Below are positions 51,434 through 64,000 of a DNA stretch of 64,000 bases, piece after piece. Both the position numbers and the translations under genes were made by a program. Position 1 is the first letter of the stretch, and each line of letters starts with the position of its first letter. Source of the stretch: Octopus vulgaris (lineage: Eukaryota); assembly GCA_951406725.2 (NCBI GenBank), contig OX597829.1, positions 34,782,001 through 34,846,000 on the forward strand. Direction: 5' to 3'. The notes under the pieces are model-generated. The model searched no databases, was not told the DNA's origin, and saw only the letters and a program-made list of their open reading frames with translations.

Positions 51434-52038
51434 GAGAAATAATAGATTTACATATACACATTACACACACAGATATATATATGTGTATGTGTGTGTGTGT
51501 GTGTGTATATATATTTACATATATATATATACACATACACATATATATATCTGTGTGTGTAATGTGTATATGTAATGTGTGAGTTTGTCTCTTTTCTTCT
51601 CCCCACCATTCTTTTGTATGTAGCTATTAACTCTTTCACTTTCACCACCTGCTGTGTCTTTGTATTATTTTATCCCTCTTCCTGTTTCTTACTGAAAGCT
51701 TTGTGCTTTCAGGCATTTTCTTTATCTTTTTTCTGCCTCTTACTATTCCTGTTTATTTTCCTCTTTCATTTATTTTCTCTTTTTCACTTATTTACTCTTT
51801 TTGTTTTTCATTTTTTTCTTCATTTAGAATCAGTAGTAAGTAATGTGACAGTTTTAGTAGCTGACCAGATCAGTGCTGAGCTGTTGCTGAGTATGACATA
51901 TAAGCTGGTTTTAATTCAAGCAGCAAGACAAATTTTGTGGATGCAGTTTAAAACTGATTACAAGCAATGTTTACATCAACAAGGCCACCATAAACAGTGG
52001 ACTTGCCACCTGCACTAAGTGTCTTTGAAGCCCCTTAT

Positions 52039-52730
52039 GTCAAGGAGGTCCAAATAAGTCATCATCATCATCGTTTAACGTCCGCTTTCCATGCTAGCAT
52101 GGGTTGGACGGTTCAACTGGGGTCTGGCAAGCCCGAAGGCTGCACCAGGTCAGTCAGATCTGGCAGTGTTTCTACAGCTGGATGCCTTTCCTAACGCCAA
52201 CCACTCTGAGAGTGTAGTGGGTGATTTTATGTGCCACCGACACAGGTGCCAGACAAGGCTGGCAGGTGGCCACGCTCGGATGGTGTTTTTTATGTGCCAC
52301 CGACACAGGTGCCAGACGAGGCTGGCAGACGGCCACGCTCGGATGGTGTTTTTTATGTGCCACCGACACAGGTGCCAGACGAGGCTGGCAGACGGCCACG
52401 CTTGGATGGTGTTTTTTATGTGCCACCGACACAGGTGCCACACGAGGCTGGCAGACGACCACGCTCGGATGGTGTTTTTTATGTGCCACCGACACAGGTG
52501 CCAGACGAGGCTGGCAGACGGCCACGCTTGGATGGTGTTTTTTATGTGCCACCGACACAGGTGCTAGACGAGGCTGGCGAACGGCCACGATCGGATGGTG
52601 TTTGTTACGTGCCCACAGCACGGAGGCCAGTCGATGCGGTACTGGCTATGGCCACGTTTGGATGGTTTTCTTATGTGCCACCAGCACTGGTACCACAAGG
52701 ATACAAATTCCATTGATGTTCATCTATTTT
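52039..52730 (-). mobile_element. RTE 3' end containing a 63-bp x6 minisatellite
   Basis: GCCACCGACACAGG recurs at 52233, 52296, 52359, 52422, 52485 and 52548; same subfamily as 1-365. Confidence 0.9.
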
Positions 52731-53266
52731 GATTTGGTTTGATTTGATTTGATTTGATTTGATTTGATTTTTTATTTTTTTAATTTTTTGCTATTCCTCA
52801 TACAGAAGAACACTAGAGGATGGAAGCTTCCAAACCTAAGTTGGATATTATGAAATTAAACCAGCCATATCAGGCCCAAATATTCTACATGTTTTATGTC
52901 CAAATTGGCCAAATTTGGCCTCTCACACAATGAGATAATGTATGATTAATTCAAGCCAATTTGAATAAATAAACATTAAGCTTGACAGAATAATCTGAAT
53001 GCTAAAAAGTTAACAATATACAGATAGATTTAATGTACACATCAATTTTAAGTTCTCCAATTCACTAAAGGCTAGCAAATACAAGTGCAAGTGTATCATC
53101 ATCAAAGGATATAACACTGCAACATATATGAACAAATGAAAATTTAATCTACATCAGCTAGTTCACTAAGAGCACTCACCTAAGTGGCACCAACAGGCTA
53201 AGGCATACTTGTCAAGCAGTTAATACAGTGAAGAGGAAACAGAGAAACAGGTAAACTATATTGTAG

Positions 53267-53496
53267 GTGGCGAGCTGGCAGAATTGTTAGCACGCTGGGC
53301 GAAATGCCTAGCAGTATTTCGTCTGCCGCTACGTTCTGAGTTCAAATTCCGCTGAGGTTGACTTTGCCTTTCATCCTTTCGGGGGCGATAAATTAAGTAC
53401 CAGTTATGCAATGGGGTCGATATAATCGATTTAATCCGTTTGTCTGTCCTTGTTTGTCACCTCTGTGTCTGGCCCCTTGTGGGTAGTAAAGAAATA
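53267..53496 (+). mobile_element. SINE family B with 10-bp TSD
   Basis: TATATTGTAG at 53257-53266 and 53497-53506. Confidence 0.9.
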
Positions 53497-53704
53497 TATA
53501 TTGTAGAGTCCTAGCCACTGAGATGAAGAAAGGATTAATACGACCGACTTGAACTGAAAAAGGGAAAACAAATATATTTGTCTATTTACAATAAAATTAA
53601 ATTAACACAAGTCTTTTTCAATAGAAGTATTAGTTCCAGTGAAAATAAAATGAGGCAAAATAATACAATATGAACAGTGCAATCATGGATGTACATACAC
53701 GCAT

Positions 53705-53738
<34 letters not shown>

Positions 53739-54484
53739 TGCATTAAGGACATAACTGCAGTCTGGATGCTATAGCTTGGATACATTGATGTATCTGAGCT
53801 CAAAGTTGCTAAATAACCAAAGGAAAAATTGGATGATATGGATACAGACTTTAAGGAAATGGTCTTTGTGGTAGAAGATATGCTCAGTTATGAGAAACAA
53901 GTACATCAAATTGGTTTGAGATAAGGATGTCGAAATTGAAGCAATACTCAAGCAAAAGAAAAGATTGTTTGCTAAAATTCTGCAACACATTATTCCTGTA
54001 GCACAGAAAAATCACATTGAGAATACAGTTTGTTGTTGCAACATTTAACTTGTAATGTAAGTTTAGATTGATAAAGATAGCAGATGGATAGGAAAAGCTG
54101 TTAACATAGAGACAGTGGCAGAAAGAGAGGATGTTGACTTGCATTACCGATGAAGTAGGTATATGGACCCCAGCATACACACACATTTCATCTGTGGTTG
54201 TTAAAGAAGGATTAAATTCATCTGAGATGAATGCTTCATAGATATTTTTAGGAATCCTTCACTCATGAATGAGGACATTAATTGTTCACTTTCTAAATCA
54301 ACCATCATTTAAAAAATGTTATTCTAACTCTGGAGGAAGTGCAGAAGTTGATCAATCAGATCCTGGCATAGATAGAATTATCTGAGCTAGATATCACCTT
54401 TACTTCTAAATAAAATATTAAGCTGGTTGGTACAATTAGTCAATTAATGAATTAATGAATTACTATGTTAACACCAACATCAAA

Positions 54485-54838
54485 ATGAAAATCAAATGGA
54501 AATTGTAGTTAAGATACCCGTGCCGGTGACACGTTAAAAGCACCATCCGAACGTGGCAGTTGCCATTGCCGCCTGACTGGCATCCGTGTTGGTGACACAT
54601 AAAAGCACCAACTGATCGTGGCCGTTTGCCAGCCTCATTTGGCCCCTGTGCCGGTGGCATGTAAAAAGCATCCACTACACTCACGGAGTGGTTGGCGTTA
54701 GGAAAGGCATCCAGCTGTAGAAACACTACCAGATCAGACTGGAGCCTGGTGCAGCCTCCTGGCTTCCCAGACCCCAGTCGAACTGTCCAACCCATGCTAG
54801 CATGGAAAACGGACGTTAAACGATGATGCTGATGATGA
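54485..54838 (+). mobile_element. RTE 3' end fragment
   Basis: Conserved tail and GAT repeats. Confidence 0.85.
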
Positions 54839-55576
54839 CTTGGCAGATTATCTGTCCGTCAGTATTGGTCTTATCTTTATAAAGCTATATGTTGTTGCTA
54901 TATGAGGATAAGGCTAAGAAAAGGGAATGTAGAAACTATCATGGTATTTCTCTTCATTTATCTATTGGGAAGATATTTTCAGTGGTTCTTCCGAATAACT
55001 TCATGTGTCAGTCTGTCATAGTGGGAAGCCAAAGTGGTTTTGAGCAAGAAGTTAGATATGATGAATGTGAGGCAGTCAAACGTTTTCAAGTGCACAACTT
55101 GTAATCAAGTCTGCCAGGCTTAACAAATCATATTAACATGTTACATAGCAATACACCTTTAACTATATTTACTGAAAAGTTGGAATTTAGTATAATCACA
55201 AGATTAAATGGCTTTGAACTTTTTGGTCCAGCATGGCCACAGCCTTTGCTCTGGAATACATAAATGATAAAAGTGTAACAACCACAGCTATTTGCTAAAG
55301 TTATTTCACTTTTATATCTTTTAATTTATAGACCTTTAATGACATTTTTTCATTATGTTAAACATTTCAACTGTGCCTTGTAATTTGAACACATAAATAC
55401 AGAATCTCTCTCTCTCAATTGTGTTTTTTTTCTACTTTTTACATTGATTTCGATTCTACTATTTCCATTCTCGTTTCCCTTTCTCTCATAAATATTTTTC
55501 CATTTGGGTTATTACCTCCCTTGGTGTAAGTATAATACACTGACAAAATTGACAGGAACAACATTAATATTATAGA

Positions 55577-55946
55577 CTAGCACTGACTTGGCATTGCTGG
55601 GTCATAGTGCTAGTGCATGCATATACAACTGCGTGCGTGCGCACATACACGCGAGTACTGTCCAAATCTCTGACCAATCACATACAGCTAGCTGGCATTC
55701 AATTGGCGTATCAAGTTTCAGGCATTTTGATTGGGTTTTGGATAGAAAATTCACAAAAAAGTAACTTATATTGATTTTTTAATGGCTTTGTGGGGTGACT
55801 GGGGAAATGTAAAGATGTGCACGACCACCCTTGGACAGTTTTGAATGACCTTAGAAAGTGCAAGCCCTCTAACTGAAAAATTGTGGATTTGTATAAAGGA
55901 CACACACACACACAGACAGACATTTTGTCGTTTATATATATAGAGA
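55577..55946 (-). mobile_element. Non-autonomous Helitron, full length
   Basis: - strand A|TCTCTATATATATAAAC...GACCCAGCAATGCCAAGTCAGTGCTAG|T: 5' TC, imperfect subterminal hairpin, 3' CTAG, inserted between A and T. Confidence 0.75.
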
Positions 55947-56051
55947 TGAGATACTCCTTACATTCACCATCTCAGTATGCTGAAAGTAACATTATTCATT
56001 TTGAATTTTTCAAAACTGTTGATGAAGGTATATTATCAGATGAATGCTTAA

Positions 56052-56395
56052 AGGGTAAAGACCCCCTTCAGTCATGAATGACCATGGGATTGCACCTAGA
56101 AAGTTACCTTCCTAGATACAAGTCCGGGCAAGGTTGTTTATGGAAGGCCAGCAGTCGCCCATGCATACCAGCCTCCCCTCTCCACGCCACCAGTGTTATC
56201 CAAGGGAAAGACAAAGGTCGATACAGCTTGGCACCAGTGACGTCGCAACTCATTTCTACAGCTGAGTGAACTGGAGCAACGTGAAATAAAGTGCCTTGCT
56301 CGAGAACACAACACGCAGCCCGGTCCGGGATTCGAGCTCACAACCTCACGATCGTAAGCTCGACGCTCTAACCACTGAGCCATGCGCCTTCATTA
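56052..56395 (-). mobile_element. tRNA-derived SINE family C with 14-bp TSD
   Basis: AGATGAATGCTTAA at 56038-56051 and 56396-56409; head GGCGCATGGCTCAGTGGTTAGAGCG..GCTCGAATCCC. Confidence 0.93.
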
Positions 56396-57415
56396 AGATG
56401 AATGCTTAATTGTTCAACTAATTGGATATGAAACCCATAATGGACTATATTATGAAGCTTATAACAGACTATGTTACATTACATATATATTTCTTCCTAC
56501 TTATGTATCAAGTACATTATTTTTGTTTCCATAATCTGTGTTTATACATTATACTGATGCTGTTATCACATGCAATGTTTTACCAAGAGGATATGTTGTT
56601 ATATGATTTGTGATATATTTCAGTACAATGTATTGTAGAGTACTTTTTACAAACAAAAGCAAGAGTATCAGCTATGGATCTAAACTATAAAGAATATTTT
56701 CACTCTCTCTAGCCAGAAGTAAATTAATGCCTGAAAGCACAAAGCTTTCACAATATAATTTCACAATATATATATATTGTGAATAATTTCCTAGTTTTAA
56801 TTGATAATCATTTCTTTATTAATCATTGATTCAAGAAAAATATTTTATGTAGAGAGCTAGAGATAAACAAAGAAGTGTTCACGAGAAATAGAAGGAAGCG
56901 AAAGACTTTTATTCTTTTGCTGGTTTCAACCATGAGCTATGTTCAAACTGGAGCACAACCTTCATTGCTATCTATCATATTGATCCCAAGACATTTTCCA
57001 GTTTCATACTTTTCTATCAATCTCTATTTCTCAGACTGCTCATTACAGGACATAACAGAAATTATCAACAAACACACACCACATGCTTTAATGCAGTTTC
57101 TGATTACTGTGTTCCACTCAAAAGTTATTGGTCAAACTGAGACTATAGTAGAACACAAATTCCTAAGATACTACAAAAATAGAATAGAACCATGTGGCTG
57201 TGCAAGGCCATGCCACACCACTCCTATACAGTCAAATAAATAGCTACATTTAATAAATAAATAGATAGACAGAAATAAATAAAAATTTTGCTAATATATA
57301 CACAGACAGTAAATGAAAATGTTTTTTGAAGTTTTATTTATTTGTATTTATTAACATAAATTTGCATAAATAATAGTCATCTATATACACATATGTATAC
57401 ATGAATATGTATATG

Positions 57416-57456
<41 letters not shown>

Positions 57457-57708
57457 CATATATATAAGGACATACATATACATATTTGTTCAAACAGAAG
57501 GTTATATATACGCATATATATATTTTTATAAACAGATTGGAAGCTGATAGTTATTGCACATTTGAAATGAGCCCGGTGGCATATTTATCAGTTCATATTT
57601 AAAAAAAAAAAAAGAAAAATACAAAGAAACATGATATATGGCCAGAATTTTACAAAGATATATTTAAAGTATATACATACATGAATACATACATTAACAC
57701 AGAAATAC

Positions 57709-57739
<31 letters not shown>

Positions 57740-59099
57740 CCTATTTCTATCAGAACTAGATTTATCAAACACACCAACATGAGTATATCCTACATCAGCT
57801 ATATTTAAATTAGACACTAGATTTTATTATTAACAAGTGGTGAATGTGATCTTATACATGTATATATAACAGTACATGCACACACACACATATAAAATCA
57901 TTGTGTATATTTGTGTGTGTGTACATACATACACACACATACAAAGATATAAACATGCTATGTAGTTGGAGGTTAGGCCAGGGCAAAAAGCTTATATAAC
58001 ACAATTACATGTCATTGGACCACTGACATCAGATAGACCATATTCTCTATATATCCATCTGAATTCAGAACTAGACCCATTGGCATTGTTTTATGGTGAT
58101 GCAGTGTAATTTGTGCTGGCAATATCAGAAAGAAGGAATTTACATTGTATGTTACCTTCATTATGCAGTTTGTTTCTGTATCACTTCAATTTTAAGATCT
58201 GGTATTGGGTAGACTGATGTATATAAAAGAAATGTTGTGGACTCAGTTAAAGCATGACAGTCATTTGTCGTGGTGGTACTGGCGTATATGGCTAATGATG
58301 TTATGAGATTATTGTTGCTACATAAATTCAGATTTAGCCCCACTCAATTAAACTGATAACAAAGTGGACTCTATCAGAGTATAATATTTGTATGAGCAGA
58401 CTCATAGGTCTGCTCATAGGGTGTGGTATGTCCCCATTCAGGTAAGCCTTACTTGTAACATACAGCTGGTTGGTTTTGAATGATATAGAATAATGAGTCA
58501 CTGGTCCATTGTTTTAAGTTCTTTTATCTTTTTGAGGACTGTTTGTATTATACAGCAGTAGGTTTATATGCTGGTGGTCACTACAGTGGTAAGCTCTGTC
58601 AAAGCACATTTGCATGCTTATTCGTACTTATCATTGGTAACATGCATCCAAGAGCAGTGTTTAATGGGGCTAATGAAGTTATTAATGGTCATTTGGTTAG
58701 TGCAGTCCCAGGTTTAGCCCTAAAGAGAAAGACTTCAATATGGACTTGGTTGTAATGTGATAGTTGTTTGAGTACAGCTCATGATTATTGATGTTGTGGT
58801 CTAGCTCCAGGGAAGCTTGCACTGAGCAAATCTATAGAGAAAAAAAGAAAGCATTCTAGTAATTTCTTTTCTGTGGTGTACCTCAGACTACATCACTCAG
58901 TGTGTCATCATTTCCTTTTTAATATGGCAGAGTACAAAATGAAAGATATTTTGCTACTATTAGATATTAGGCCAAGTGATACAAACCATAACTCCCACCG
59001 GTCCTTGTTAATATTGAGTTTAGTCCAAGTCAAATAATTGGGTATTTAATCCACAGATTCAATGCTCTATATGTTTTGTGGTGTTTTAGGTCATCCCAG

Positions 59100-60900
59100 G
59101 TCAAACAAGTAATCATGCAATGCAGTTGGTTTGACTATCTAGTGTAACATGATCCACAGAACAAACACTGAGAAATCCTATGTCCTTTGTTGTCTTGCTA
59201 AGAAAAATGTGAAGTCCAGCATGTTGTTGCTATGTTGCCATCAATATATCCCAATTAAAACAATACTCATAACATATTGGAAACTGGTTTCAAACATCTA
59301 TGGATGTGAACCACAGATACAGCATTTTGGAAATTTTATATATTTTTCATATATATATTCCTCAGATCAATCCTGATTGCATAGAATGATCAACATAGAC
59401 TAAATCAGAGCTTGGCAATGTTTCGTTGCGGTTAATGAGTTTATAGCTGATGTGGTGTTACCCAATGTCAAGCAAACACATATCCCATGAAAATAGTTTT
59501 AGTTTGAATCATTATAGAAATGTGGCCCACTACTCGTTTGCTACATGTAGTTTGACATTCTATTGCTGCATGTTATTTTGTTGACACTTTATTATTTCAT
59601 CTGTATAATTTTTGAAAGCATTCTTTCACATATTAAATAAGTTGGTCTTTTTATTGACATTTGATCAAAGATTCATTCTGTTTCCTCTTGAATTCTGGTT
59701 AAGTTGTTATGTTCTTGCTTTGACAAGAATAGTCAGGGCACCTTTGTGAATTTCTTCAATCTTGCATGTTGATGCAAGATTTTGGGATGATCTTTGAAAT
59801 GATTCTTCTTCTATCAACAAAACGCCCGATTTGACTTAATTCACAGTAAAATAACTATCTGGCCATACAGACATCATTCATTCTAATCTGGTGTCCAGTC
59901 CATCTTATTTGATACTTTTGCACAGGTAATGGATGTTTAATTTTTAAAAAATCTTTCTAAAGTAATCTCCTTTGACATCGTGGTAGGGTATATAATGTCA
60001 CTACAGGGTATTTTGTATCCATTTATGTGACCAGGATTGAACAATGGATAACCATATCTGGTGTATAGTGTACAGTGAGTACTGTTCAGACTCACTCATG
60101 TCATACAGTTGGTTGGTTCAATACCTAGGATTTGTTTGCAAATTGAGTGTTCCAGTGATATTCCAGATGGTGTTCTATGGTGATATCCTCTGGTGTTGTG
60201 AAGTCCTATATGTGTCCTAGTAAAGAAGACAGATACCCATGACGTGTACATAGCTGTCTTGAATCTCTTGTGCAGTGTACTCGACAGATTTAGAAGTTCA
60301 TGACTATGGCCTTCTTCATGTTGATGAGAGTGCTATGCCCAGTATATTATTGTTCATATTGTATAGACCATGTTCAGCTCTGCTCAAAAAATAAAAGTTG
60401 GTAGATAGTTTGAATGTTTAGTAATGTGAGTCACAGATTCAGCACTTGATATATATTTTGCAAACCCTGACTTCATTGAGGACTGTAGTATGTCTAGCTT
60501 ATTTTTTCTGTGTAATAGCATGTGTTGCTCTTTCCATTCCATAATGTCAACCATACTCAAACTCACAAGCCTAAGCCATCTATGTAACTTGTTCAAGCAG
60601 AGTGCATTCAGGATATTCTGTCATGTGTCTTTCTGTGGAGTTTATAGAAGCTGGTTTATTGTGATGTTTTATAATATAGGTAGCTGATTTCAGTTGTCCA
60701 TAGTTGGGATACTCCATGTTCTTCTTTTCTTGAAGACTATATTAAGTCTAGTTTGTTTGATCCCTGTAGTTGTTGCTATGATATTACACACCTTCTAGGT
60801 CTCTGGTTTATTAGATAAACCTATGCCATACAGGTAATCAGTTTTGAAAATCTGGGAGTGTAACCCATAAAACCAAGTTTCCAGGCTATTCAATATCAGG
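59100..60900 (-). mobile_element. Very degraded LINE remnant (possibly RTE/BovB-like)
   Basis: Only scattered RT-like peptide fragments; boundaries uncertain. Confidence 0.35.
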
Positions 60901-63900
60901 ACGGTATGCACCCAATATATTCTGTTGTAGAATATATATACCCACTACTTTGCACTCAATTTCTACATTAAAACAGTATTTTCTTTACCAGGATCCAATG
61001 TTCAAAGTTTGCTTTTTAAAGTGTCCAGAGTATGAAAATACCATACAAGGGATCATATGTAAAACAAAAATCTGAGACAAAAAGGGGTTTGCAAAGTGAT
61101 TTTTAAAAAAATTACATCAAATGAAAAAAAAAAATTCTTTGCATGACCCAAACTATAAGAAGCAGAATTGTTTCCAATCTGCTAGTAACCTGTACATGCA
61201 CAAATTTAATTTTCAATGTACAATTAATTATAATTAATTAACAAGAAAAGTAAACAATATGAATGGAAAAGTCATAAAAGGATTATTATACAATAGTTCA
61301 GATTCATGAAAAGATTATAAAGTGTTTCACATTGAAATACATAACTGGTATTGTATAATTTTCTGGCTGTCCTGTTTTGGGATTCTTAGCACAAATCATG
61401 AGATCAAGATAATCTGAGAAAAGTAAAGGATTTCTTTATGGTTTTTCCTACGATTCTTTATCAGTGCTTTATTGTGCCTCTTTTGTACAAATCTTAAGGG
61501 TTCTGTTTTGATTATTAAAAAAAAAAAATTTTGGGATTTAATTGAAGTGTCCCTTTTAAGGATCTAACTTTTAAAAAAAATGGTAACAGATTGATATAGT
61601 CTTTGAGGTATGAGTTACTATTTATACATATATCAAAAATAAAAATTAAAATACTACTCAGTATGTGTACATGTAAGTATATGTGTGTATATGCATGTGT
61701 GTATGTGTGTGTATGTATGAATGAATGAATGCATGAATAAAAGAAATCTTGCCAGAAAAAACAAGCAAAAGTTTTACCCTCTATGTAACTGTAACACCTA
61801 ATACCTAATATTATGAATTTTACAAAATCCTGGTCATAGTTTATTTGGTTTTATCTGGTTATATCACTGACTTTTTTAAAAGAAGTCAAAAGAAAGGGAA
61901 GGACCAAAAACAAAGGTCAAATAACTGTCAAAATTTCAAAGGTGAACAGTTACACTTGGTTCATTTGATAAAATTTCTCTAAATCCTTTTTTGCAGTTTG
62001 ATATTTAAAAAATTCTACTGTTAGCATTTACATTTTGTTCCCTAAATTCTGAAGTGAGAGGGTACAGGCAATTTCTGGTTATAATCAATCCATACATTTT
62101 TTTTGAGGGGTCAGGATATTATATGTACTTGTGTGTGTGTGTGTGTTGATGTATTCTTCTTTTCTATTTAGACATCAAAAGTTAAAATCAAAACCGAAAA
62201 TCAGAGATCTGATTTAAAAAAAATTTCAGTTCAGTTTTTACATGGATTGTATGTCTTCTTTTCCCCTTTAATGAATTTGTTTTGAAACAGAAAAGTAAGT
62301 GTGAAACTGAAATTAAATTTGATGGTCACACTTTATACAAAATCTATTTCTTTTCCATTATCCCCCAAATTCAAATTTCTAGTCAATCTGTTACTCTATT
62401 CCAAAACAAATCAGGAGTTTTTGTTATATAAGGAATATTTGGCTTTATCACTTCTAGTTTGGTTACTCAGAAGTTGCAGAATAGAACAAGAATCAAAACT
62501 AGAATCAAAACTAAAATTTGATGGTTGATGCCAATTACAAGATTGTTTGTCATTCAGTCCTATTTTGATCTAATACATCCAGTCTGTAATAAGAAGGAAG
62601 AGAAGTCAGAAACAAATAACCAATGTTTGACCTTTTGAGGTCAAAATAAGGGTAACTTTTGGTCTATCACTTCTGGTCTAATTTGAAAGTTCATACATAA
62701 TTTATTTATTTTCATTTCCATTACAGTCTCCCCATGAATGACCACACCTTTTGTCCAAATGTGACTTGAAGTCCATACATAATTCCTATTTTCTTTTTAC
62801 AACGTCTAAACCCAAAATAGCTTCCAGTTCCATTTTTGTCACAGAAAAATGTTTAAGAGTTGGGTGTCAAGAAACAAAATCCAAAGTGAAAAACACTTCA
62901 AGTGAAATTTGTAAGTCACATATATTCCTGATATCATTTGCCACTATTTTTGATTTGCGATGGGATCAAACAGTGGTCAAAAGATTTGGGGTGGGGGTGG
63001 GGGAGGAGGGGGTTCCACCACAAAATCATTGTTTATTCTTTCAGGTTTAACTGTGGTTTTAATTTTTAATTTTAATTTTAATAGCAGTAAGGATGAGAAA
63101 GATGTAGATATGTAAAAAAAAAAAAATCAAAGACAGGAAAAAATTAACTCCAGTTGCAGTTGAATTCAAAAGTCACAGCTCATACATGATACAATTTTTT
63201 TTTTGTAATACTTAATTATTTTAGGTCAGTTAGAAGTTTAAAGCTCAAAGCTGATAAATTATTCATTTTTTTAAACTACATTCCCACAAAATGACAATAA
63301 CTTCCTTAATTCTGGCCAACTGTCATGCAAAATTCCTAAAAATAATTTGAGGTTGAATTCAAAGAACAAAATTATAAAAAATAAAGTGTTAACAACAGAG
63401 CAGCCTTTTTGATATAGAACCTATATACCAACAGGAAGGCATATTGCTGTACTAAACTTGCTTGAGGCACAGTCCCCATGACAAAGTTCTCCTGAGAAGT
63501 TTCAAATCTCAAGTAAATCCAAGCTGAAGCAATTCTGCCTCTTCAAATAAATTACAACATTGAATTTCTTTAGGACAACAACAATAACAAAAACAAAGGT
63601 CAAATTCAAAGATCAAAGTGCATGCATAATTTTCTTTGATGTTATATACCTCAAAAATTGTAGAGAATATCTAGTGCATCGCTTTGAGTTATAGTTCTTA
63701 CATGATTCTTTATTTCTCTTTCCAATTTACTTTCTTCCAAAATGATGGTTAATTATATGTCCATCACTCCTGTTCTATACTTGAGTTCACAGATGAGCAA
63801 ATTTTAAAAATTGTTTTTCATCAAAAATTACGGTAACTTCCAGCCAATTAAAGCTGTAATAGCTAAAATTGAAGATCAAGTTGATATGTGATTCCCATTT

Positions 63901-64000
63901 TTCCAGTCATATTTCCAGTCAATCCATAGTTTTCTTTTGGTCAGAATAGGTGAAATGAAGGGGAGAAAGGTAGAAGTTGATAAAAATTGAGAAGTTTTAA

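Noticed and set aside
52233-52610. CRISPR-like array
   Set aside because: Units are contiguous with no unique spacers, there are no cas genes, and the array is inside a eukaryotic LINE tail
56320-56390. tRNA gene
   Set aside because: It is the tRNA-derived head of a TSD-flanked SINE; no proper acceptor stem

Overview
Eukaryotic, AT-rich, microsatellite- and transposon-dense DNA. The repeat families and gene structure suggest a coleoid cephalopod such as Octopus (inference). One complete protein-coding gene can be built by hand on the + strand: ACBD3/GCP60, with 9 coding exons from 18845 to 43858, all GT-AG introns with matching phases, 2532 nt and 843 aa. It encodes an ACB domain, a charged coil, a Q domain, a long low-complexity linker and a GOLD domain. 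A probable CpG-rich promoter and non-coding first exon lie near 6.6-6.8 kb. The rest is mostly mobile DNA: a young 5'-truncated RTE LINE with an open RT+PHD frame in intron 6, about a dozen copies of its (GAT)n-tailed 3' end, four mariners, a Tc1 remnant, Helitron derivatives, hAT/piggyBac MITEs, at least three tRNA-derived SINE families, and decayed CR1/Penelope fragments. Most notable observations: a near-intact type I hammerhead ribozyme (3590-3663, - strand) plus decayed relatives; several decayed tandem copies of the ACBD3 C-terminal coding sequence in its own 3' UTR; and an in-frame cryptic acceptor that could splice ACBD3 exon 6 onto the LINE reverse transcriptase. All calls are by eye; no database search or folding program was run.
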